A DNA stretch of 64,000 bases from Malacoraja senta (taxonomy: Eukaryota). The stretch spans positions 27,466,001 through 27,530,000 of the forward strand of contig CM075988.1 of NCBI GenBank assembly GCA_038087875.1, written 5' to 3'. The position numbers and the translations under genes are program-made. A model generated the notes under the pieces. The model was not told where the DNA came from. It saw only the letters and a program-made list of their open reading frames with translations, and ran no database searches. Of this stretch, positions 12,456-26,499 are shown piece by piece; the stretch's first letter is position 1; every line of letters starts with the position of its first letter.

Positions 12456-12886
12456 TTCCATGTGCTTTTAGCTTTTTCTCATTTTGTAAGTAATATCAGA
12501 CAATTACTTACTGGAATATCATACATTAACATGCATTGATACTTCACGGTGCAGAATGTCTCCCCCAAGTGATAAAACTAAATTACCCAGACATGATCGA
12601 ACCTTCACAATTAAAATTTGCCAATCAGTGTGCAGTTAATGATCACATTTTTTTAAAGTAAAGTCTCCTGTGGATTAATTAATTGTGAATTATAAATCCA
12701 ATAAGTAGAAAATTCTAGGTATAACTGCTATGAAATTCACTAGGCACTAATAGCAGTCGTTACATTAGAATTTAAATATTTTTTCTGGCGACTAAATAAT
12801 TCAATCAGAAAATGCAATTTTCAAGTGGATTATTAGTTTACGTTATGAACTGCCAGTTATAGTATATTGTATCTTTTGGGATGATG

Positions 12887-12962
12887 GATACAAAAAGCTG
12901 GACAGGCAGGATCTCTGGACAGAAGGAATGGGTGACTTTTCCAGTCGAGATCCTTCTTCAGC
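12887..12962 (-). mobile_element. Penelope-terminus repeat abutting the AAMDC splice acceptor
   Basis: gatacaaaaagctgg...gaatgggtgac...ccttcttcag, same family as the 20950 copy. Confidence 0.7.
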
Positions 12963-12993
12963 CCTCATGTTTTCTTACCTCAACAGAGAATGA

Positions 12994-13185
<192 letters not shown>

Positions 13186-13967
13186 TAAAATAGCAGCATT
13201 CACATGTCGTCTGTTGGCAGAGAACACAAACTAATGTTGTTTTACACTCGAGTAGAATTTCATGGTGAACAGTGTGCTAAATACAAGCTTATTAATGCCC
13301 ATATATGTTTCGCAACATTTCCAATTAAAACATTTATGTTAAATTCAAGGTCTTGCACCTGATATTGCCTTTAGTCCTTTACTATAATGTCACCTCATTG
13401 CCAGACATTCTTTTAACCTTTTGCTGCTACCCTCTGGAACTGCTTCCCAACCTCCTTCTTCCTTGCTTTCAGAAATCGTTTCTGCTCAACCTCTTTCTCA
13501 ACTCTCCTCTTGTTTCCATTTTACCTGATGTTCCCTTTCATATTCAGTCTGTAGTATTCTGGAATCTCTGACACAATATTATGTAAATGGTTAAAGTGCA
13601 CTTGAGTGTTCTCTAGTTATTTTCTGATGGATTTTGTTTAGAAGACTTTAACTGTTCTTCTGAACTCTGTTCTTTAAAGGAATGTAGAACGGTATCAAAC
13701 AGATAGAGGAGCACATGGTAAGAATTACCCCAATTTTACATTCACTCAGCAGCTTTAGACCATTCTCTTTGGATCTGGCATCCATGAAAGTGAAAAGATA
13801 TTCACCTGCAATCTGCCATACACACTGACTCTGGAGTGGCCTGGCTTCCCAGTTTGACAAACCTCAACACTGAAACAATATTAACTAATATCATATTAAT
13901 ATTATACAATATTTCAACAGGGCCTCTTTAAGATGACATCATTCACAGCACCAATATTCATATTTGT

Positions 13968-14468
<501 letters not shown>

Positions 14469-15576
14469 TAACTCCTTTTTCTTTTTTTGAAATCCATTGT
14501 CTCTGTATTCAATCAATTCAATAGACCATTTTTAGTTTTGGTGATATGTCTATCATTTATGTATTGACCATACATATTGAAAGAAAAATCTAGCTAACTA
14601 CCAAGTCTTAATATTTCCCTAACACAACGTGAAGCTGATGGTGGCAATTAGCAATCTCAAACAACCAGAGTAAAGCAATGTTGATTTACACAAAATAAGT
14701 TATTGTTCCATTAAAAACAAAATTCCCACATGACATTCTCTGGGGAGCCACTATGTATTTGCTTGGATTAAACTGTAGATTGTAAGTGTTTATAGATTGA
14801 AACTGAATTATGAAAGGGTGTGTGCAAACTGTCTTACTCGTGCATCTTTGCCCGATCTTGCCTTTGCTCCACCTTACCCATTTTCTAGTATCAGAGGTGA
14901 GGTACAGCAATTGTTATTGTACAGCAAAATTAATTTACTGGAAACAATATATCATGTGCCTGGTAATCATTTCCAAGAACATATAGCAATTTATCCAGAA
15001 AACGGCAATAAACACAGTTCAGTCATGAATGATGGACATAAAATTCATATCCAGAACTGTGGTCAGTAAGCTTGATTGACAGGGGAATTACCTAATGATT
15101 TCTCCTCTGGCAGGTCATAATGTTATCATTGAATAGTGGCACCTTTGACATCACAATTAGTGGATTTGAGTCCCACCCACATAGTTACATAATCTGGACA
15201 GACATTTCAGTATGGTACAAGGGAATGCAACATTTTCAATTAACATCTTAGATGAGGATGATATCTTGGACCAAGGCCTGTGTGTAGATTTTGATAAAAA
15301 CGAATGATCTCAAGATGTGATGAGGGACTATGAATAAGTTTTAACTTTTTAATCAAATTAAATGATACTGCGGTATCTTGTGACTCTTTTGACTTTTTGA
15401 ATAGTGTTATTCGAAATTAATCCTTTAAGCATCAATGTGTTTTTCTTTTTTTGTATAAATATCAATTTTGGCATGTTCTACACGTCAGATCCACATTTAG
15501 ATTTGACCTAGTGTGGTAATGAGTGTACATTTTAACAGATGCCGTTACTGAATCTAATTTACTGTGTGGGTTGCAG

Positions 15577-15717
15577 GTGCCGGAGGAGACACTGGCTTTC
15601 ATCAGAAGTAAGGGCATTCATGCCTTAGTTCTGCAAACGGAAAAAGCTGTGGCGCAGTATAATACATTGGTGAAAGAGGGGGTTGCTGTTGGAGGAATCT
15701 TCCATTCAACCTGCTAA
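15577..15717 (+). CDS. AAMDC: AAMDC last coding exon (VPEETL...GGIFHSTC*)
   Basis: ttgcag acceptor and the diagnostic C-terminal FHSTC. The spliced product is 122 aa. Confidence 0.96.
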   Translation: MPEETLAFIRSKGIHALVLQTEKAVAQYNTLVKEGVAVGGIFHSTC

Positions 15718-16492
15718 AGTATCCTGTTATTGCACTTGATGTCTTGATTTTACCAAAGGAGAATAACTCACTTTGCTCGGTTGCCAAGGTTTGTAATTTT
15801 TTTATGTAAGATGAAAAATTGATGACATATGTGGACTGAAAAACTAAAACAGATACTGGTATTTCTACGACAACCTGATAGTTTCATTCCTAGGAAACAT
15901 TGTGTTAAAAAAAAGAATAGTGTCAATAGGGAAAGGGTTAGGGCCTGAAGAGTTCCAGACTCATAATAACAAAGTTAATTAAAAAAAATAAAGTCTTACT
16001 AATAGCTACAAATGTATTATTTGATGCTAAAAATATTAAAAAGGCTGAATGTTACATTGTCTAATTGCACAATAGAAATGATTGTCAATTTACCAATGAC
16101 CACCTGCGGTGAATTCTTTGTTTAAAAGACAAAGGTGGCTTATTTCTGCCAGGAGGGAGAGGTTACATGAAAAGGTTTTTTTCCCCCCCCGAGACTTTTT
16201 TTCAGGTCAGCTTTTGATTCTGCTTGTCATTTTCCAAAGTAATTTTGAAGTAGTTCTCTAATTCCCATTAGAAATTGTCTTATAACCAAATCGGTCAGCA
16301 TAATACAAATAATTTTCCCTGATATTCAATTTGCATTATTAAAACATATGCTGGACCATAACTGGACCATAACTAGCTATACTAAAAGATGGTTGGACAT
16401 TTCATGCAGTTAGTATTTCATAACTTCCACTTCAAAGATTAGTTCAACTGTAATGAAGCATTATGTAATTTCTATTTTCTATTTGAATGGCT

Positions 16493-16498
16493 AATAAA
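16493..16498 (+). promoter_or_regulatory. Candidate AAMDC polyadenylation signal (AATAAA)
   Basis: AATAAA followed by GT/T-rich sequence. A proximal AATAAA also occurs near 15987. Confidence 0.45.
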
Positions 16499-17254
16499 CA
16501 TTCTATGTTGTTTGCTGCTTAAACATGCGTTGAATACTGTTCTATCACATCTAGTCACTTTGCATGTGTTGGATTATAATCAGTACTAGAAATTTGGGAC
16601 CTTCAATATATCTCAACGTACAGAGATGTAGATTTAGTTTTAAAATGGAAGATTCCGTAAATAGACCCTTCATTACTAACATAACCAAATGACCTAAATT
16701 TCTTTCCTGCATCCCACTGCTAATTTGAAAGTCAATGAATCAACTACTTGCTAACTGCCTTCATTGGTAAACACCAGCTGTGGCCTGGGTGATTAGATTG
16801 ACAAAATAATTTACAAGAATTCTGAAGCATCCAGTCAAGAATAAGGACTCGGGCAGTAATTATCAACTGATAAAGTTGACAAAAATCTTGCATGTAACAT
16901 TACCTAAATGAAGTCAAATATGATCTTCACTATAATCTCATCCTATAGCCATATATATACTAGACTAAGTGGGACCCGTTGGGTCCCATGTTCACACGGG
17001 AGGGCTGGTCCCCCGACGCAATATTCCACCTCTCCACCAATTCCAATATTGGTGGCCAGTGGGGGGGGGGGGGCTTTCTGGAGCACTGGTATGGGTGTTG
17101 TTGGCTGCAGGGACTACTGGTCTCCAGAGGGATAGTATGCACATTGTGGGCCAAATGGATTCTTGGGGTGGCAGCTCAGTCCCTCACGGCTGATGTGCTG
17201 GCAGCTCACTCACGGCTGGTGGGCTGGCAGTTGACTCACGGCAATTCCCTGAAA

Positions 17255-17540
17255 TTCCATTTCAAGCAGAGTGCAAGGCCACCAAATTCAAATCCATTTT
17301 CCTACCATTTCAAGCAGGGTGCAAGGCCACCAAATTCAAGTGCAGTTTCTTACCTCTTCGATCAGGGTGCAAGACCACCGAATTCAAGTGCAGTTTCCAA
17401 CCACTTCAAGCAGGGTGCATGGCCACCAAATTCTAATGCAGGGTGCCACGACACCACATTCAAATGCAGTTTCATACCATTTCATGCAGGGTGCAAGGCC
17501 ACCACATTCAAATGCAGTTTCATACTATTTCAAGCTGGGT
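17255..17540. repeat. 48-bp minisatellite, about 6 diverged copies
   Basis: Unit approximately ccatttcaagcagggtgcaaggccaccaaattcaagtgcagtttccta. Gives the 16-aa periodicity seen in the ORF track. Confidence 0.9.
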
Positions 17541-17932
17541 GAAACCACCATAAAAACCACCATAAAACCACACAAAACACCTCACTCACAGTTCAGTAGA
17601 CATTCAGTGTGTTCAGTTGATTCACAGCTCAGACCGAGTCGTGACCTCTCCCTCCCCCATCATGCAGAGACTGAGCCACACTCACACTTCTGGGTTTTAT
17701 AATCCCTCCCCCTCCCACCGGAAAAAGTGTGGCCTTCATGGCGTGATTGACAGGAGAGAGATTCTCAACATTTTTTAAACACTAATAACACTTTTGTTTT
17801 TCATTGATGGGAAGAATCCTCTGCACCTGATGAGCAGAGGGGAACTGAGTAAGATGGCCAAAAATCACAGCCGTAAGTGATAGCGTTTTATCTAAAATCA
17901 ATATAGTGCAAACAGGAAGTTGTCAAGTTTAG

Positions 17933-18265
17933 ACAAACAACCATTTGCAGGCAGTGCCTTTTCACTTCAACCCAACCCCCCCAAACAACCATTTGCAGGC
18001 AGTGCCTTTTCACTTCAACCCAACCCCCCCAAACAACCATTTGCAGGCAGTGCCTTTTCACTTCAACCCATCCCCCCGCAAACAACCATTTGCAGGCAGT
18101 GCCTTTTCACTTCAACCCAACCCCCCCAACAACCATTTGCAGGCAGTGCCTTTTCACTTCAACCCAACCCCCCCCAAACAACCATTTGTAGGCAGTGCCT
18201 TTTCACTTCAACCCAACCCCCCAAACAACCATTTGCAGCCAGTGCCTTTTTACTTCAAACCAACC
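17933..18265. repeat. 48-bp minisatellite, about 7 near-identical copies
   Basis: Unit caaacaaccatttgcaggcagtgccttttcacttcaacccaacccccc with a variable C-run. Confidence 0.95.
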
Positions 18266-18618
18266 ATTTTTTCATTTTCAAACCACATTAAGGGCACTCA
18301 CAATTGAGTAGACATGTGTTCAGTGTTACTCGGAGCTCAGAGAGACGTGAACCTCTCGCTTCCTCCATCTTGCAGAGACTGAGTGAGGCACACCACTTCC
18401 TGGTTTTATAGTCCCTCCCCCTCCCTCCAGCAGGGGCAGCAGAGAGAATGGCAAACATTTTAAAAACATTAATATCTCTCTGATTGTTCATCGATGGGAA
18501 AAATTCATTGGTCCCGGAAGGCGGAGGGGGGCTCTGAGCGAGGTGGCCAAACATGACGGCCGTAGGTGGCGGCGTTCTCTCGGAAATCACAGCACAGCGA
18601 GCCAAAAGCGGTCAAGAT

Positions 18619-18814
18619 NNNNNNNNNNNNNNNNNNNNNNNNNNNNNNNNNNNNNNNNNNNNNNNNNNNNNNNNNNNNNNNNNNNNNNNNNNNNNNNNNN
18701 NNNNNNNNNNNNNNNNNNNNNNNNNNNNNNNNNNNNNNNNNNNNNNNNNNNNNNNNNNNNNNNNNNNNNNNNNNNNNNNNNNNNNNNNNNNNNNNNNNNN
18801 NNNNNNNNNNNNNN
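18619..18814. other. Assembly gap (run of N)
   Basis: 196 consecutive N. Confidence 0.99.
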
Positions 18815-19519
18815 TAAGTAATGATACTCAAAGTATGATAGTTTAAATCATTCCCAAATAGGGATGTTACAAAATCCTTTGTCACTCCAATTATGGCCAT
18901 TTAAGTTATTTTACATTTCTTCAACTATACTCCAGTCATAAATAGTTCAACAGCTAACAAGAGGAAAACTGCGAATACTGTTAATCTTAACTATAAGCGC
19001 AAAATGCCCAAGTTTAACATGTTTGATATCTAATTCTGCCTATGAAAGATAATAAACCTGAAACTTCGACGACGTTTCTTTTTCCATAGATGTTTCGTAA
19101 CCTGTTGAATATTTCCAGCATTTCTGTTTATATTCCTAATTTTTCAAACACTTCTTTGTCTCTTTCCTGTAATGCCTGCCATGCTTGAACGTTCCCATTG
19201 CAGCCTGATCTGCTTATATAACATTCAAGCAGAGGGAGATTTGGGAGGCCACTCAAAATGTTAACAGTATCCAATGTAAACTTTTCTAGTTCTTTTGAAA
19301 GCTAGCTCATTGTGAGATAAATTCCAGATGTTCCAGCTGTACACTTGTCATTTCCACCTGGTGACTGTTTCAAGAACAAGTCTGGAGTGCGAGTCTCGGG
19401 ATGGCATTTTCTATTTCTTTGCGACTTGCTGGACCCTATTCAACTCATCAGGCCTATGTCAGCTCTCGGGGCAATCCCAACAATCCCTTCCCCTGTATAT
19501 TTCCCTGTAACTCACACAA

Positions 19520-19760
19520 TCATTAATTTCTCCTGCCATACACTCACAATTTACTCTGGGCAATTTACTGTGAACCAGTAACCTACCAACCAGAACATCT
19601 TTATTATGGGGAAGGAAACCAGAGCAATCAAGAGAAATTCACATAGTCACAGTGAGAATGTACAATGAGCCAAAGCAGATGGCAGCAGAGGTCAGAATGA
19701 AACCTGTGTGTCTGAATCACTGTGACAACCGTATTACCCATTGCACCACCATGCAACCTT
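19520..19760 (-). mobile_element. Old diverged V-SINE
   Basis: gggcaatttac...acctaccaacc...ggaaaccagagca...gcaccaccatgc skeleton. Confidence 0.55.
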
Positions 19761-20949
19761 TCAGCTGTTTCGGTATGAGGGTGGAGGAGAAGGTAAGGAG
19801 ACGGTGGTTGGCATGGTATTGATGGTGATGGTAATGTTACTAAATCCAGTTATGTTCTTACCATCTTCTATTACATCCAGAAGTAAGGAATGTAAATTTA
19901 GCAGGATTTTCTTTTCACTCCTGCTTACCTGAGGTATTAAAGTTAGCTGTTATACATGCAGTCACTCAGCTGAAATCTGCAATCATAATGCTGACCAAAT
20001 ATTGAATAATCATAGACAACCATAGACCTTCAAAAAGCTATTGCTCTTTCGATGTTTCTATTTATGCATATTAATGATGATTTGTCCCCCAGCACTGAAG
20101 ATTTAGAACAAAACTATAGAGGAGCAAGATGATTGGCCTTTTTTTTTTTTTAATTTTATGGAGATTACTTACAACATCCAAAACAGAAAATGTTGTGGTA
20201 AATTACAAAAATATACATTTACACTTGAAATAAGAAACTTTAATTTGTGTTGCATTATGCAGGAACAGTGTTCTTACTTTCATGTCATACTATGCATTGA
20301 GATGTGAGCAGGCCTCGTGTATGACAGTTTAAAGATGATCCCTTGAAGGTTGGAGTCTCTAATTATTCTAATGAAGCATCTTTAAGGAGAAAACTTCAAA
20401 CATAGAACTATAAAAGGAATCATTATACCACAGAGTCCAAGAGTTACAGCATTTTTGTTATCCCTTTTAACATTTAGCACTATTTAATTTTGATAAGAAC
20501 ATTTAAGCTCCATTCATTCTACCCACAATTTCTCTATTCTTTCCACATATGACTATTAGTTAGGACTGAATCACAGCTTTTTTTGCAGCATGAAATGTTA
20601 TGGTTTCCTATTTATTTTGTATCTAACCAAATAAAAAATGTAGAGCATCCACTGAATGTTAAAGTGGTTTACTTTGATTAATACTCAAGTTATATTTACA
20701 ATGCTTTATTTAGGTATACTAAAAATAGCAGATTAATAGAATGTCCTGAACCAAAGAATATTAGTACACCATTCACAGGGATTTGCACAAGAAAGGTTGG
20801 GGAGGGGGGAAAGCAAGGGCATGGGCCTAACTTAGTAATCATACAGAAATATTGTATAAATGCAAGGTGTTAGATGCACATGCGTGTTTTCCCATTACAT
20901 TAAGAATGCATGTGCATGATCCTCCAAAAGCTGATATATTTAAATTCAT

Positions 20950-21270
20950 GTGTAGGAAGGAACTGCAGATGCTTATTTAAACCGAAGACAGACACAAAAT
21001 GCTGGAGTAACTCAAAGGGACAGGCAACATCTCTGGAGAGAAGGAATGGGTGACGTTTCGGGTCGAGACCCTTCTTCAGACTCACCCATTCCTTCTCTCC
21101 AGAGATGCTGCCTGAGTTACTCCAGCATTGTGTGTCTATATGTCTACATTTAAATTCCTGACTGATCAGTCTGAAGAAGGGTCATGACGTGAATCATCAC
21201 CTATGTTCTCCAGAGATACTGCCTGACCCACTGAGTTACTCCAGCACTTTATGCCTATCTTTGTAAACCT
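20950..21270. mobile_element. Fold-back Penelope-terminus repeat with an intact minimal hammerhead core (minus strand), plus a second plus-strand copy
   Basis: Minus strand reads gt-CTGAAGA-a-gggt-ctcg-accc-GAAA-cg-TC-ac at about 21081-21050, flanked by long inverted arms. Confidence 0.85.
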
Positions 21271-23689
21271 ATCTTGTTTCTCTATTTAAATTCCTGGTTC
21301 ATTTATTTACAGAATTTTAGTTCCAATTATACATTGTTTATGTCTTGTTCATTTTACAATAACTTGCATTTAATTGAACTAGAATCTCTGTTATCTTCAG
21401 GAATATCAACTACAGTTGACCTTGTCTCATTAGCACAGCCTTATGACATGGGTTTTATTTAATTATATTAAAACCTCACTTGGTTCCACAGCTACAAGTG
21501 TTGAACTAATTGGCTACAAATTGTAATATGTGGAAAGGCTTTTTATTATTTTCCCTTCATATGTGAATTTGCCAATCAAATTGTCATGCACAGTTGATGT
21601 GAGAGTTCAAACCCCCGCTGTAAAGCATTAATTATCAAAAGGATGACTGAAAGCAAAAAATAAAATATACATTACAAGCCTGTACCGTATTTAAAATCTG
21701 AAGTAATGTGCTCCTAAAGTATTTTTCAATGTGACACAAAGATAGGAATATCCAAGAAAATAATTCAATATACATGCACAAAATAAAACATGGAAAAAAA
21801 ATAGAGCAGGCCTATCCACAACTAAAAATAAAATATAGTTTGGTGTTTTAAATGGTGGCCTTTTTCACAGAATAGTCAAAGAAGAACAGCCTTTGATGAT
21901 TTCTTTTCAGATATTAACAGGCCCACTGTACATTACAATATTTCTGTTTTGATTTTAGATTTATCATTCACATTTTTCATTTTTTATCTCTGCTGCTCAA
22001 TTTTTAAACTACATACTGTAAATGCCTACTCCCTCATTTGTATATATTTTGAATCCAAGTGTAAACATGCTTCACATTAAATCTGCAGCAACGGTATCCT
22101 TGGTGTTATGAAAGTATTCTCAGCACACTGATGCCCCACAGGTGGTTTTTAAGTTTACTTATCTGATACTGTCTGGTGCTTTCAGTGGGGCTTGGATTGG
22201 TTTGAGGAAGGGGAGGCTGTTTGCTGTAGAAACATCAAGAATCTTCATTAAAAGAGGGAAGGAAATGTTAAAGATTATCCAGTGTGCCTACCATTAGGTT
22301 AAAGACTAACGTAGGCCTACCAGCCCATTATCAAGCACTTCAGTAAAGGAAGAATTTTAAGCAAGGGGAAAAGAAAGTTGATATCCTAAAAGATATCTTT
22401 TTTTTGCAGAATGTGGCATGTTCACTTTAGTCTGCTTCAGCTTATAGAGCGTGTAGTCATAAAACATAAGCTAGAAATAAATTTGTACTACATACAAAGA
22501 AAACCTCTTGCATGCCCTTTAGTTAACAGCGACTGACAACACTTGGAATAGGAAGTAGAGGATGGTTAAACAATGTGCTAGTTTGATTCTTCATGGTTAT
22601 GAAATTGTTAAATTCTGATGGCAACTTCTGTTTAGGTATCATTTCTCACTTTAGAGATCATGACAGATAATTAACATCAATTTCTCTTTAAACTTTCAAC
22701 TAAAGGATGTGCCAGTGTTACTTTTAAATTAAAACTGCAAAACGAATCACAGATAACCACCAGATCAGAGATTAACGTTGTTCAATTCCACAATTGATGA
22801 AATAAGGGCAAGGAGAACCAAGGGAATAAGTTTTACTCTGCATCATCTCAGACACAAAATAAATCTCCAACAGGTTTTTTAACTGTGAATAATTTAACAA
22901 AACCAAAGACCACACATACCCAATGGAATGAGACTGGGCACAGTGACTTTTGTAACTCGGCTCAACTGAAGAAAGTGCAACAGGACAAGGGATTCTATTT
23001 AAATGTTAACAATTGCTGCATTCAGACTTCCTCTCATTAATAACGTAATCAACAGACACTGGCAGTTTTAAAAGAAACATTAAACAAATATTTGCAGACA
23101 AAAAATGAACACAAAGTTGCCTATCTATTTAAATACAAATGTAAAAATTGTTTTGCACAAAACAGTAAGCTTTCATGTCCCTTTTGAATAGAAGTGTACA
23201 CTCCCAAAATGTTGTGACATGGTCATACATGCAGATACCTCTTTTTTTTTAAATCACTTAATCTGCTCATGTCTTTTTTATGCAAATGCATTTGATGTAA
23301 TTTTTGAAAAACATTTTATGTAAAACTTTGTTTTGCATAATTCCCTTCTTAAATTATGTTACGAATGACATAGGCACACATCATTTTATTTAAAAAATAC
23401 ACCTTACAGCTTCTCTGGTCATTACTTTGTGACTCTTAGTAAGTGCCAAACATCTGCTTTGAAACATGTTCTCTCTGTGAATGATACAAGCACAGGGGTT
23501 TGTAACTATATTTGGCCCATGTCCCTGAATTTCAGTATACTGCACTATATCACAAAGTTGGATAAACAAACTCCCTAACCCAACAGTTATGTGCTTCCCA
23601 GGTGCTTGCACACTGGTTTTAGTTAATTTACATTCCTCACAAGAAAGCCTACATTTCAAATATTTCCTTTCTACATTTGGCCCACAGAG

Positions 23690-23920
23690 TCACATAATCC
23701 CATCCCATTCTGATTTTTCTTTAAACTACTCCCTCTCACCTGCAGTCTGATTCTTCTACCAGATTAATTTACCAACCACCATACTTTTGGGATATGAGAA
23801 AAAGCCAGAGCACCCAGGTAATATCTGCAGAGAGAACATGCAAGCTCCACACAGTGGCATATGTAAGGATCAAACCTGGAATCCCAGTGTTATGAGGCAG
23901 CAGCACCATCTGATGCATCA
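23690..23920 (-). mobile_element. Diverged V-SINE
   Basis: attaatttaccaacc...ccagagcacccagg...aggatcaaacctgg...gaggcagcagc skeleton. Confidence 0.6.
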
Positions 23921-24660
23921 ATGGGCCATCCAAGATTAATTCCTTAAGAATCAACCTATAATTGAAAAGTGTAGAATATGGCTCATGCAGTTCTATTTTC
24001 CTTTCTGAATGTTTCTTGCACTATAATTAAACTAATATTACAGAATAACATTTGTAAAAGTAATTGTCAAAAGAAGCCCATGTGTGGCTGGGCTTCTGAG
24101 AATGACCTAACTTGATGTCATCCCGATCGGAGTGAAGAGGCAAGCTAGGTTGTATTTCCTTCAACAATTAATTAAATTGAAGGATAGTAAAATGAACAGT
24201 GAGAGATATATGGGAAGATTCATTAATGTGGTGAATTCAATGTAAAGCCTGGAACAAATTAAGAAACAAAGATAAAAAGAATGTCCAAAAAGAATGATAA
24301 AAGGCACCATAACAAAGTGTATAAAAATAAATCTGAAATAAAATAATCTAAGTCAATTAAAACCTGAAGGAATGGGTCTCTAAAGTGTCAACAAATTCAC
24401 AAGGTTGATTAGCAAGCAATTAGGCCAGCAAGGTTGATTAGCAGTTAATAGCCACTTTATTGCACTGTTAAAAGGCTGTGACGATTTGGAATGACCTGAC
24501 ATAACTTTCCATACCCAGTTAACTTTCAATTTACTATACAAATATAAAAACACGATGTCCTTCAATGAATTGAGATGGACGCCAATCAACAAGATGTCAA
24601 ATTTCTAATGCTAACAGCATCACAGTAGTGAACCACACCTTGAGTAGAAACACATTAAAC

Positions 24661-24858
24661 CAGGGGTATCAAACTCATTTTAGGTCACGGGCAAAATGCG
24701 ATTTCATGCGTGCCGGATCGCGGCATGCACACACGAACGCAGCCCGATCCGGTACTGGGGACAGCAGTACTCTGGCATCTGGGAAATTATCCTGCGGGCC
24801 GGATTGGACCACTTCATGGGCCACATCCAGCCTGCGGGCCGAGAGTTTGACACCCCTG
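24661..24858. mobile_element. hAT (Charlie-type) MITE, 198 bp
   Basis: TIRs caggggtatcaaactc / gagtttgacacccctg, with a perfect 8-bp TSD cattaaac at 24653-24660 and 24859-24866. Confidence 0.92.
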
Positions 24859-26499
24859 CATTAAACAGTCTACCAGTCTTTGCCTGAATTTGCTGTGGAT
24901 TTGTTTTTAAATAAGGGTGAGCACCATGAAACCTACCATTATTCTCAAGGAAGTGTTTGGCTCCTATTCTCTACCAATTTGTAAATTGAACCATTGAACT
25001 TTTGTTTTATAAATGGAAATCTGTCAAGTGTAGATCTTTCCTAAATTTGAAACAATTATAGATCTTATATGGATGGCAATTGAGTTTCCCTTTGGAACAT
25101 GAAGGCAAGAACTTTATGATCACAGACTAAGGAAAGGCCAATAAAATAAATGAGGTGCAGGTTTCTGTTCACCACTGCTTTGATCATTTCTCAACTGTCA
25201 TCAATATTTCCTGGAGATTTACCTCCAGGTGCTATTACAGAGGTTGACATCGTTTTTTAAAAATATTTGTATAGTAAATTGAAAGTAAAGTCAGTATGGA
25301 AAGTTCTTTCATTACTCTTATGAAGGCAAAAAATGCGTCCCAGAGTTATAGACAATGTACAGCACATGATTAAGATGCAATAGTGTTACCAGATGCCCTT
25401 AATAGTTCTGTTGCAAGGCATACTTGCAGAGCACACTGAGATCACAAAGCAGTTAACAACATAATGACATTAGAGCAGCACAAAGCAAGCCAAGAGAGGA
25501 TTTTAATAGGGATTTTTATATTGATATAGTGATTTTGTTTCCACTCATGGATAAATCCAAAACCAATGGCCACAAATACAAGGCAGCAAATGACAAACCC
25601 ACCAAAGAATTTGGGAGAAACTTGTGAGAGTGATTAGAATGTGGAACCTACTACAAATGGAAAGATTGAACCTTAATGAATTCCAGGATTCATGGGGCTC
25701 AAATCATAAATGATCATCCAAAGTGCATGACCACACAAAATAATTACATCGAATTTACAGCACAGAAACAGGCTATTCAACTCAGCTGGTCTACAGAAGT
25801 GTATTTCCATCTGGATCTTCATCAGCCTTTAATGTTATTAACTATCATCGAAGGTCATTGAACAGAAACATTAGCTCCATATATGGTGCCTAACTGCTGA
25901 GTATTTGCAAAATGTTGTGTTTTTATTTCAGATCTTTTGGCTTATAAATAAGCTAGTGTTTCTTATTTAATTGTCCAGCACGCCCGCGGCACTTAAAGTT
26001 CACGCAAATATCATGTGCCCATGCATGCACCCCTAAGGTGGATAGACATAATTTCACTTGAATATTTGTCATTTCAGAAATAAATGCTTCCAAATTACCA
26101 ATATCCTCCCATATCACGATTACTGGTGATACCAATACAGACTAATGCTCTTCCATATGTATATTACATAAGGATTCATCCTGAAATTTGAAAAATATAC
26201 CAAACTGCTTATTGCAGATGACTAGTTTGATTGCAATTTTGCCTTTGTGTGTGTTAGTACTAAATATGCACAGCTTAAAATTGCCAAGACATCCTGTTAT
26301 ATGTAATGGAATGAGATGGACAAAAAGAATGCCCAATATTAATTCATGTGGAACTGACTGTATATGTGACAAAAACATATTGGGAATAGGCTAACCACCA
26401 GGTTGATCTGGAATCTTCACACAGGAGGATTCCAGTGCAATCTTAGCAAAATTAAATCCATTTGCAGGCTGGAATAAAATAGAAGAGAAAGTAAAATCT

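Larger units (their letters stand above)
16960..18618 (-). mobile_element. Non-autonomous Helitron (3' end visible, 5' end probably in the gap)
   Basis: The minus strand ends gggacccaacgggtccc-acttagt-CTAG|T, a GC hairpin closely followed by CTAG and a host T, which is the canonical Helitron terminus. Contains internal minisatellites and a duplicated block. Confidence 0.75.

Noticed and set aside
16979-18307. Repetitive ORFs and a superficially CRISPR-like array
   Set aside because: These are head-to-tail 48-bp minisatellites with no unique spacers. The ORFs arise because the unit length is a multiple of three.
18505-18900. ORFs containing X runs
   Set aside because: Artefacts of the N gap.
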